Shown: positions 41,101-53,873 of the stretch, in pieces
How the letters are laid out: each line of letters begins with the position of its first letter
Position numbering within the stretch: position 1 is the first letter of the stretch
Source: Hormiphora californensis
Taxonomy: Eukaryota > Animalia > Ctenophora
NCBI GenBank assembly: GCA_020137815.1
Contig: CM035355.1
Span: 4,774,001-4,838,000 of the forward strand
Direction of reading: 5' to 3'
DNA: 64,000 bases
Made by a program: the position numbers and the translations under genes
Notes under the pieces: model-generated
The model's input: the letters and a program-made list of their open reading frames with translations, nothing else
What the model was told of the DNA's origin: nothing
Database searches by the model: none

Positions 41101-44100
41101 GATTATGGGTAAAGTTATGTCTCGTGTTTTCTTCAGACATGTACTAATTATATTTTTCCAGTCTTGGCACCTGGCAGTAAGCATACAGTGCAACTTTTCC
41201 CTACACTAGAAAATTAGATCAGTGGTGTGTACAGTAACGCTGTACAAAAAGCTATAGCCTGGCTTTCCCAAACTTGTATACCATCTGACTTCACTACCCG
41301 TCTTACCATTCAGCTTTTTCAGACAAGAAAATTCAGCGAGAAACTATTAAGCCAGAAATTAAATTTTCTTTCACTAAAAGCGGCTAGTTAGCTTTCCTCG
41401 GAATACTTAGACAGTCTCAATTCTTTGACAGGAGGCGGTATATTTCTGAAATCTCAATTTTATGAATTACTCTCTCTCTCTGAATAACACTACTATTTCT
41501 CAACAGGTACTCTGACTACCTGGGTGACGTATACACTGTTTCAAAGGACCACGGTGAGTAATTTTAGAAGTGTCCGGTGATTAGACAGGTGTCAGGTGCA
41601 ATTAGAGAGGTGTCAGGTGCAATTAGAGAGGTACCGGGAGAGTAATCACCGTCTAGTACCAAAAGAGTCAACACTCAAAAGCATAGTATCGAACTTTTAG
41701 TTCCCGATTACATAACGTGACTGACACACCCTGATATCTGTTGACATGTAGCATGTAGGAATCAGGAAGGGGAGACAAATTGAGAACAGTAGAAGGAGGA
41801 GGTCGAGATATACTGAGTTGTCAAGATAATACAGGGCAACATGGAGCCCCGCCCATATTAATTGCATGTGCAATTAAAACCACAATGAATACACGTCCTT
41901 TAATTAATTATGCGGGACACATAATTATGACACAATTCGACCACAACTCCTTCAACCGCATAGCTATTAGCGGAGAGAAATATGCATGGCCTTATAATAA
42001 CAACAACGCCCATTCCAAATTATATGGCGTTACGTACTGTAATTAAGGACTACAGTGTGTGTGATATGTGTATAAACTACAGAATTATTATATACAGTCG
42101 GACCCCGATTTAGGGACCCCCGATTTAGGGACACCCCGATTTAGGGACAGGATTTTTTTCCCCCAAAAATTTTTGAATTTTTTTGGGTAATTTTTTGTGA
42201 AATTTTTCAAAAAGATTCCAGCCATGTCCGAATCGTGTTTCGAATCGGTGCATCTTATCGCATGTCCTTCTGCTAATTAGACGGTTTGGAACGAACCGAT
42301 ACGTGATCCCCATGGTGCCCATCGAATCACAAGTTCACCAAGGTCCAAGCGTCAAAATTTCGTTTCGATGGGGATCACGTTTCGATTCGTTCCGTCTAAT
42401 TAGCAGCAGGACATGCGATAAGATGCACCGATTCGAAACACGATTCGGACGTGGCTGGTATACCTTTTATAGGGTAGAAAGGGGTAAAATGGCACACGGG
42501 GTAAAATGGCACATGTATGGGGTAAAATGGTCCTAGTTATTACATGTAGTCACGTGACTTTTTCTCCAGCGGAGACCTGCTCGTTCTGTTCCGAATTTTT
42601 GCTTTAAAACTGCTGTAATTTCTGTTTGAGTTGGCCGATTTTAATTTTGCAAAAACTGCCAGTTAGGGTTTTTATCCTTCTAAAACTTGGTATAAAAATT
42701 TTTCAAAAAACCCACTATTAAGTTGATTAAATTGTCAAATTAGTCAAACTGGGGTAAAATGGTTCACCCTCGCTGGGGTAAAATGGTTCACCCTGGGACC
42801 AATGAAATCGAGCCTCCAATACCACGTGATACCAACTGGGGTAAAATGGTCCAGCACACTGGGGTAAAATGGTCCAGCAGAACAGAAATTACTGAAAATA
42901 ACATGGACCATTTTACCCCAGTGCTCTAACAACACCAGGCACGTGATAATAATCGAGCAATGCTATTGGCTGGACCATTTTACCCCAGTGCAAAATTTCC
43001 AAAAAAAGCCCTACCAAACTTTTTGAATTGATTAATTAAGCTATTAAATAAAACTTTCAGATTTTAAAATTTAGCTCGTCTGAAAGGAAAACGTTTCATT
43101 GGATAGCCTATATAATTTTTTTTCTTCTTGCTGTATAAATTGAGTATTTTAGAACCTAAAACGTTAGAAAGTGTGCCATTTTACCCCTTTCTACCCTATA
43201 CAAGGTGGGCCACGGATTGTTGGTCATGGTTAGCGAGGTGGTGCGTCAAAGCGGTGATATTTGTGAGAATAAAAATTATGGGAGCACTCTGGATCAATTC
43301 CTTGGTAACTTTTTCCATAATTTTTTGTCAAAAATTCGAAAATTCATTTTTCATTCCTTCATTCATTTCTCGTTCATTCATGATGTGAGCATCCTAATTT
43401 TCCATCATTATGCTATTTTTCTTTGGCTTGAATTTATCTTTCCGATGAGCACCATGAAAATGAAATTGAATCACCAGGTCACTCAGCAGTTGAGAAAATG
43501 TTCATGCATGATTTTGGCTCTTTTTGCGACTTTCAAACAGATGTATCACGGCTACCCTTCGTTCAATCTTCTTAAAACTTTGGGAAAACATTGGATAAGC
43601 AAAGATCTTTGCTCACAAGAAAAATCAAGGCCAAAGATCAAAGTTCATTTTTCATTTTTGTTAGTTCATTCCGTTCATTCAGGAACCAACATCCCTAAAG
43701 TGATGAAAAGGTTTGGGTTTTGTTTGGCCCATGTCCTGCAATGACAGAGAGGTGTAATAGCGTGTTTCCGGGCTAGTTTGTGGGTGTCCATGTGATCATG
43801 ATGATATCTGACACCTTTTCTGAGCCATAATTAAGGGATTTTTGATTAACGGATTGTTGGTCATGGTTAGCGAGGTGGTGCGTCAAAACGGTGATAGTTG
43901 TGAGAATAAAAATTATGGGAGCACTTTGGATCAATTCCTTGGTAACTTTTTCCATAATTTTTTGTCATAAATTCGAAAATTCATTTTTCATTCCTTCATT
44001 CATTTCTCGTTCATCACCAGGTCACTCAGCAGTTGAGAAAATGTTCATGCATGATTTTGGCTCTTTTTGCGACTTTCAAACAGATGTATCACGGCTACCC

Positions 44101-45920
44101 TTCGTTCAATCTTCTTAAAACTTTGGGAAAACATTGGATAAGCAAAGATCTTTGCTCACAAGAAAAATCAAGGCCAAAGATCAAAGTTCATTTTTCATTT
44201 TTGTTAGTTCATTCCGTTCATTCAGGAACCAACATCCCTAAAGTGATGAAAAGGTTTGGGTTTTGTTTGGCCCATGTCCTGCAATGACAGAGAGGTGTAA
44301 TAGCGTGTTTCCGGGCTAGTTTGTGGGTGTCCATGTGATCATGATGATATCTGACACCTTTTCTGAGCCATAATTAAGGGATTTTCTCAAATTCAAGCAT
44401 GTAACTTGGTTTTTCTGCGATTAGTACCGTGCAGCAATGTTATGAGATCTCATAACACCTCAAAAATGATGATTAGCTCAATGAAATGAGTTGATTTATG
44501 ATGTAATTGTTCGTTTCGTTCAATTTGACATCGGTTTTAATCTTTTCAATCATAAATCAACTCATTTCATTGAGCTAATCATCATTTGAGGTGTTATGAG
44601 ATCTCATAACATTGCTGCACGGTACTAATCGCAGAAAAACCAAGTTACATGCTTGAATTTGAGAAAATCCCTTAATTATGGCTCAGAAAAGGTGTCAGAT
44701 ATCATCATGATCACATGGACACCCACAAACTAGCCCGGAAACACGCTATTACACCTCTCTGTCATTGCAGGACATGGGCCAAACAAAACCCAAACCTTTT
44801 CATCACTTTAGAGATGTTGGTTCCTGAATGAACGGAATGAACTAACAAAAATGAAAAATGAACTTTGATTGGTAACTTTTTCCATAATTTTTTGTCATAA
44901 ATTCGAAAATTCATTTTTCATTCCTTCATTCATTTCTCGTTCATTCATGATGTGAGCATCCTAATTTTCCATCATTATGCTATTTTTCTTTGGCTTGGAT
45001 TTATCTTTCCAATGAGCACCATGAAAATGAAATTGAAGCACCAGGTCACTCAGCAGTTGAGAAAATGTTCATGCATGATTTTGGCTCTTTTTGCGACTTT
45101 CAAACAGATGTATCAAGGCCAAATGTAAGTTGATATATACATACATACATACATGTATAGACGCTTTGTTACCATCCGTTTGGTCCCAGTTTGAGACGAA
45201 CCAGACATCGTACGACCTTAAACCAAGCGGCATTCGACAGATAATTGTCTCGTGCATGTACCCATCTGGGTGGCGACTCTCCATCTTACCTATGACGCGC
45301 GCAATGACGTCACGAGTGACGTCATTGCGCGAGACCGACTAACTTTTTTCAAACGCCTCTAGCACCCTGAAGACGTGTTCCGATTTCTGATTTGACGAAA
45401 AATCGTTACCGGCAAATCGTCTGAACTTTCAGATACTATATAGCGAATTTTCGTAGCTTATCATTTTGAGCCCTTAAATCGCGTCGGAAGTCAAAAATTT
45501 GACGAAAAATTCAGCAAATTGCACGTTTTTCGAGCAAAAACTCCCTTTCCTGACCACTGTGGTCAATGAAACTTTACAAGCTCCTTTGGGGTATTCATTC
45601 AAAATATATCGTGATGCAATTACGTCGTTACGACGTCACTAATTACGTCAAATGACGTCATTATGACGGCTAAAATACGATTTTCACAGAAATTCGTCTC
45701 GTTTCTCATATAACGCATCATTTCGACAATATTACATCATGAAATAATGTCATGCTGCGATTAGAAGCCAAAAAGGGACCTAAATTAAGCCAAAAACTAA
45801 TTGAAATTAGTTGGCGGGAAAGGTGACCCACTTACACCTTTGCCTGCTGCCGGGATCAGGGATATAAAAGGTGAATATAATGGAATAAGACAGTGAAAGA
45901 GAGTGTGATAGAGTGAGAGA

Positions 45921-46002
<82 letters not shown>

Positions 46003-47008
46003 ATGAGAGAGAGAGAGCGAGAGAGAGAGAGAGACAGGGACAGGGAGACATGGAGGAGAGAGAGAGAGGGATAGAACGAACAGGAATAAGTTACCCTCGA
46101 AAAATATGAGATTGAGATACCGAGAGATAGAATGAGAGTTCGTGGTGATACCCGGCAGGAGCAAAAGGTGTAAGTGGGTCACCTTTCCCGCCAACTAATT
46201 TCAATTAGTTTTTGGCTTAATATATACATATATACATATATAGATGTATAGACGCTTTGTTACCTTCCGTTTGGTCCCAGTTTGAGACGAACCAGACATC
46301 GTACGACCTTAAACCAGGCGGCATTCGACAGATAATTGTCTCGTGCATGTACCCATTTGGGTGGCGACTCTCCATCTTACCTATGACGCGCGCAATGACG
46401 TCACGAGTGACGTCATTGCGCGAGACCGACTAACTTTTTTCAAACGCTTCTAGCACCCTGAAGACGTGTTCTGATTTCTGATTTGACGAAAAATCGTTAC
46501 CGGCAAATCGTCTGAACTTTCAGACACTATATAGCAAATTTTCGTAGTTTATCATTTTGAGCCCTTAAATCGCGTCGGAAGTCAAAAATTTGACGAAAAA
46601 TTCAGCAAATTGAACGTTTTTCGAGCAAAAACTCCCTTTCCTGACCACTGTGGTCAATGAAACTTTACAAGCTCCTTTGGGGTATTGATTCAAAATGAAT
46701 TGTGATGCAATTACGTCGTTACGACGTCACTAATTACGTCAAATGACGTCAAAAATACGATTTTCACAGAAATTCGTCTCGTTTCTCATATAACGCATCA
46801 TTTCGACAATATTACATCATGAAATAATGTCATGCTGCGATTAGAAACCAAAAAGGGAACTAAATTAAGCCAAAAACTAATTGAAATTAGTTGGCGGGAA
46901 AGGTGACCCACTTACACCTTTGCCTGCTGCCGGGATCAGGGATATAAGAGGTGAATATAATGGAATAAGACAGTGAAAGAGAGTTTGATAGAGTGAGAGA
47001 GAGAGAGA

Positions 47009-47075
<67 letters not shown>

Positions 47076-48021
47076 ACAGGGTGACAGGGAGGAGAGAGAG
47101 GGATAGAACGAACAGGAATAAGTTACACTCGAAAAATATAAGATTGAGACACCGAGGGATAGAATTAGAGTTCGTGGTGATACCCGGCAGCAGCAAAAGG
47201 TGTAAGTGGGTCACCTTTCCCGCCAACTAATTTCAATTAGTTTTTGGCTTAATACATAGATAGACGTATAGACGCTTTGTTACCTTCCGTTTGGTCCCAG
47301 TTTGAGACGAACCAGACATCGTACGACCTTAAACCAAGCGGCATTCGACAGATAATTGTCTCGTGCATGTACCCATTCCGGTGGCGACTCTCCATCTTGC
47401 CTATGACGCGCGCAATGACGTCACGAGTGACGTCATTGCGCGAGACCGACTAACTTTTTTCAAGCGCCTCTAGCACTCTGAAGACGTGTTCCGATTTCTG
47501 ATTTGACAAAAAATCGTTACCGGCAAATTGTCTAAACTTTCAGAAACTATATTGCGAATTTTCGTAGCTGATCATTTTGAGCCCTTAAATCGCGTCGGAT
47601 GTCAAAAATTTGACGAAAAATTCAGCAAATTGAACGTTTTTCTAGCAAAAACTCCCTTTCCTGACCACTGTGGTCAATGAAACTTTACAAGCTCCTTTGG
47701 GGTATTGATTCAAAATATATCGTGATGCAATTACGTCGTTACGACGTCACTAATTACGTCAAATGACGTCATAATGACGTCTAAAATACGATTTTCACAT
47801 AAATTCGTCTCGTTTCTCATATATCGCATTATTTCGACAATATTATTATGAAATACTGTCTTACTGCAATTAAAAACCAAAAAGGGACCTAAATTAAGCC
47901 AAAAACTAATTGAATTAGTTGGCGGGAAAGGTGGCCCACTTACACCTTTGCCTGCTGCCGGGATCAGGGATATAAGAGGTGAATACAATGGAATAAGACA
48001 GTGAAAGAGTGAAAGAGTGAT

Positions 48022-48118
<97 letters not shown>

Positions 48119-51100
48119 CAGAGAGAGGGACAGAGAGAGACAGAGAGACAGAGAGGAGAGAAATAGAACGAACAGGAATAAGTTACCCTTGAAAAATAAG
48201 GAATTGAGATACCGAGCTGGAGGGAGAGAGTGAATGAGAGTTCGTGGTGATACCCGGCAGTAGCAAAAGGTGTAAGTGGGCCACCTTTCCCGCCAACTAA
48301 TTCAATTAGTTTTTGGCTTAATATACAAGGTGGGCCACGGATTGTTGGTCATGGTTAGCGAGGTGGTGCGTCAAAGCGGTGATATTTGTGAGAATAAAAT
48401 TATGGGAGCACTCTGGATCAATTCCTTGGTAACTTTTTCCATAATTTTTTGTCAAAAATTCGAAAATTCATTTTTCATTCCTTCATTCATTTCTCGTTCA
48501 TTCATGATGTGAGCATCCTAATTTTCCATCATTATGCTATTTTTCTTTGGCTTGAATTTATCTTTCCGATGAGCACCATGAAAATGAAATTGAATCACCA
48601 GGTCACTCAGCAGTTGAGAAAATGTTCATGCATGATTTTGGCTCTTTTTGCGACTTTCAAACAGATGTATCACGGCTACCCTTCGTTCAATCTTCTTAAA
48701 ACTTTGGGAAAACATTGGATAAGCAAAGATCTTTGCTCACAAGAAAAATCAAGGCCAAAGATCAAAGTTCATTTTTCATTTTTGTTAGTTCATTCCGTTC
48801 ATTCAGGAACCAACATCCCTAAAGTGATGAAAAGGTTTGGGTTTTGTTTGGCCCATGTCCTGCAATGACAGAGAGGTGTAATAGCGTGTTTCCGGGCTAG
48901 TTTGTGGGTGTCCATGTGATCATGATGATATCTGACACCTTTTCTGAGCCATAATTAAGGGATTTTCTCAAATTCAAGCATGTAACTTGGTTTTTCTGCG
49001 ATTAGTACCGTGCAGCAATGTTATGAGATCTCATAACACCTCAAAAATGATGATTAGCTCAATGAAATGAGTTGATTTATGATGTAATTGTTCGTTTCGT
49101 TCAATTTGACATCGGTTTTAATCTTTTCAATCATAAATCAACTCATTTCATTGAGCTAATCATCATTTGAGGTGTTATGAGATCTCATAACATTGCTGCA
49201 CGGTACTAATCGCAGAAAAACCAAGTTACATGCTTGAATTTGAGAAAATCCCTTAATTATGGCTCAGAAAAGGTGTCAGATATCATCATGATCACATGGA
49301 CACCCACAAACTAGCCCGGAAACACGCTATTACACCTCTCTGTCATTGCAGGACATGGGCCAAACAAAACCCAAACCTTTTCATCACTTTAGAGATGTTG
49401 GTTCCTGAATGAACGGAATGAACTAACAAAAATGAAAAATGAACTTTGATCTTTGGCCTTGATTTTTCTTGTGAGCAAAGATCTTTGCTTATCCAATGTT
49501 TTCCCAAAGTTTTAAGAAGATTGAACGAAAGGTAGCCGTGATACATCTGTTTGAAAGTCGCAAAAAGAGCCAAAATCATGCATGAACATTTTCTCAACTG
49601 CTGAGTGACCTGGTGCTTCAATTTCATTTTCATGGTGCTCATTGGAAAGATAAATCCAAGCCAAAGAAAAATAGCATAATGATGGAAAATTAGGATGCTC
49701 ACATCATGAATGAACGAGAAATGAATGAAGGAATGAAAAATGAATTTTCGAATTTATGACAAAAAATTATGGAAAAAGTTACCAAGGAATTGATCCAAAG
49801 TGCTCCCATAATTTTTATTCTCACAACTATCACCGTTTTGACGCACCACCTCGCTAACCATGACCAACAATCCGTGGCCCACCTTGTATATATACAAGGT
49901 GGGCCACGGATTGTTGGTCATGGTTAGCGAGGTGGTGCGTCAAAACGGTGATAGTTGTGAGAATAAAAATTATGGGAGCACTTTGGATCAATTCCTTGGT
50001 AACTTTTTCCATAATTTTTTGTCATAAATTCGAAAATTCATTTTTCATTCCTTCATTCATTTCTCGTTCATTCATGATGTGAGCATCCTAATTTTCCATC
50101 ATTATGCTATTTTTCTTTGGCTTGGATTTATCTTTCCAATGAGCACCATGAAAATGAAATTGAAGCACCAGGTCACTCAGCAGTTGAGAAAATGTTCATG
50201 CATGATTTTGGCTCTTTTTGCGACTTTCAAACAGATGTATCACGGCTACCTTTCGTTCAATCTTCTTAAAACTTTGGGAAAACATTGGATAAGCAAAGAT
50301 CTTTGCTCACAAGAAAAATCAAGGCCAAAGATCAAAGTTCATTTTTCATTTTTGTTAGTTCATTCCGTTCATTCAGGAACCAACATCTCTAAAGTGATGA
50401 AAAGGTTTGGGTTTTGTTTGGCCCATGTCCTGCAATGACAGAGAGGTGTAATAGCGTGTTTCCGGGCTAGTTTGTGGGTGTCCATGTGATCATGATGATA
50501 TCTGACACCTTTTCTGAGCCATAATTAAGGGATTTTCTCAAATTCAAGCATGTAACTTGGTTTTTCTGCGATTAGTACCGTGCAGCAATGTTATGAGATC
50601 TCATAACACCTCAAATGATGATTAGCTCAATGAAATGAGTTGATTTATGATTGAAAAGATTAAAACCGATGTCAAATTGAACGAAACGAACAATTACATC
50701 ATAAATCAACTCATTTCATTGAGCTAATCATCATTTTTGAGGTGTTATGAGATCTCATAACATTGCTGCACGGTACTAATCGCAGAAAAACCAAGTTACA
50801 TGCTTGAATTTGAGAAAATCCCTTAATTATGGCTCAGAAAAGGTGTCAGATATCATCATGATCACATGGACACCCACAAACTAGCCCGGAAACACGCTAT
50901 TACACCTCTCTGTCATTGCAGGACATGGGCCAAACAAAACCCAAACCTTTTCATCACTTTAGGGATGTTGGTTCCTGAATGAACGGAATGAACTAACAAA
51001 AATGAAAAATGAACTTTGATCTTTGGCCTTGATTTTTCTTGTGAGCAAAGATCTTTGCTTATCCAATGTTTTCCCAAAGTTTTAAGAAGATTGAACGAAG

Positions 51101-51663
51101 GGTAGCCGTGATACATCTGTTTGAAAGTCGCAAAAAGAGCCAAAATCATGCATGAACATTTTCTCAACTGCTGAGTGACCTGGTGATTCAATTTCATTTT
51201 CATGGTGCTCATCGGAAAGATAAATTCAAGCCAAAGAAAAATAGCATAATGATGGAAAATTAGGATGCTCACATCATGAATGAACGAGAAATGAATGAAG
51301 GAATGAAAAATGAATTTTCGAATTTTTGACAAAAAATTATGGAAAAAGTTACCAAGGAATTGATCCAGAGTGCTCCCATAATTTTTATTCTCACAAATAT
51401 CACCGCTTTGACGCACCACCTCGCTAACCATGACCAACAATCCGTGGCCCACCTTGTATATTAAGCCAAAAACTAATTGAATTAGTTGGCGGGAAAGGTG
51501 GCCCACTTACACCTTTTGCTACTGCCGGGTATCACCACGAACTCTCATTCACTCTCTCCCTCCAGCTCGGTATCTCAATTCCTTATTTTTCAAGGGTAAC
51601 TTATTCCTGTTCGTTCTATTTCTCTCCTCTCTGTCTCTCTGTCTCTCTCTGTCCCTCTCTCTG

Positions 51664-51760
<97 letters not shown>

Positions 51761-52706
51761 ATCACTCTTTCACTCTTTCACTGTCTTATTCCATTGTATT
51801 CACCTCTTATATCCCTGATCCCGGCAGCAGGCAAAGGTGTAAGTGGGCCACCTTTCCCGCCAACTAATTCAATTAGTTTTTGGCTTAATTTAGGTCCCTT
51901 TTTGGTTTTTAATTGCAGTAAGACAGTATTTCATAATAATATTGTCGAAATAATGCGATATATGAGAAACGAGACGAATTTATGTGAAAATCGTATTTTA
52001 GACGTCATTATGACGTCATTTGACGTAATTAGTGACGTCGTAACGACGTAATTGCATCACGATATATTTTGAATCAATACCCCAAAGGAGCTTGTAAAGT
52101 TTCATTGACCACAGTGGTCAGGAAAGGGAGTTTTTGCTAGAAAAACGTTCAATTTGCTGAATTTTTCGTCAAATTTTTGACATCCGACGCGATTTAAGGG
52201 CTCAAAATGATCAGCTACGAAAATTCGCAATATAGTTTCTGAAAGTTTAGACAATTTGCCGGTAACGATTTTTTGTCAAATCAGAAATCGGAACACGTCT
52301 TCAGAGTGCTAGAGGCGCTTGAAAAAAGTTAGTCGGTCTCGCGCAATGACGTCACTCGTGACGTCATTGCGCGCGTCATAGGCAAGATGGAGAGTCGCCA
52401 CCGGAATGGGTACATGCACGAGACAATTATCTGTCGAATGCCGCTTGGTTTAAGGTCGTACGATGTCTGGTTCGTCTCAAACTGGGACCAAACGGAAGGT
52501 AACAAAGCGTCTATACGTCTATCTATGTATTAAGCCAAAAACTAATTGAAATTAGTTGGCGGGAAAGGTGACCCACTTACACCTTTTGCTGCTGCCGGGT
52601 ATCACCACGAACTCTAATTCTATCCCTCGGTGTCTCAATCTTATATTTTTCGAGTGTAACTTATTCCTGTTCGTTCTATCCCTCTCTCTCCTCCCTGTCA
52701 CCCTGT

Positions 52707-52798
<92 letters not shown>

Positions 52799-53785
52799 AT
52801 CAAACTCTCTTTCACTGTCTTATTCCATTATATTCACCTCTTATATCCCTGATCCCGGCAGCAGGCAAAGGTGTAAGTGGGTCACCTTTCCCGCCAACTA
52901 ATTTCAATTAGTTTTTGGCTTAATTTAGGTCCCTTTTTGGTTTCTAATCGCAGCATGACATTATTTCATGATGTAATATTGTCGAAATGATGCGTTATAT
53001 GAGAAACGAGACGAATTTCTGTGAAAATCGTATTTTTGACGTCATTTGACGTAATTAGTGACGTCGTAACGACGTAATTGCATCACAATTCATTTTGAAT
53101 CAATACCCCAAAGGAGCTTGTAAAGTTTCATTGACCACAGTGGTCAGGAAAGGGAGTTTTTGCTCGAAAAACGTTCAATTTGCTGAATTTTTCGTCAAAT
53201 TTTTGACTTCCGACGCGATTTAAGGGCTCAAAATGATAAACTACGAAAATTTGCTATATAGTAGTCTGAAAGTTCAGACGATTTGCCGGTAACGATTTTT
53301 CGTCAAATCAGAAATCAGAACACGTCTTCAGGGTGCTAGAAGGCGTTTGAAAAAAGTTAGTCGGTCTCGCGCAATGACGTCACTCGTGACGTCATTGCGC
53401 GCGTCATAGGTAAGATGGAGAGTCGCCACCCAAATGGGTACATGCACGAGACAATTATCTGTCGAATGCCGCCTGGTTTAAGGTCGTACGATGTCTGGTT
53501 CGTCTCAAACTGGGACCAAACGGAAGGTAACAAAGCGTCTATACATCTATATATGTATATATGTATATATTAAGCCAAAAACTAATTGAAATTAGTTGGC
53601 GGGAAAGGTGACCCACTTACACCTTTTGCTCCTGCCGGGTATCACCACGAACTCTCATTCTATCTCTCGGTATCTCAATCTCATATTTTTCGAGGGTAAC
53701 TTATTCCTGTTCGTTCTATCCCTCTCTCTCTCTCCTCCATGTCTCCCTGTCCCTGTCTCTCTCTCTCTCTCGCTCTCTCTCTCAT

Positions 53786-53873
<88 letters not shown>

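Noticed and set aside
43205-51506. Repeated 119-197 aa ORFs (..[21 protein letters not shown]..) as a possible transposase or gene family
   Set aside because: They are translations of foldback TIR arms, with no DDE or other recognisable motif, and they vary by indels.
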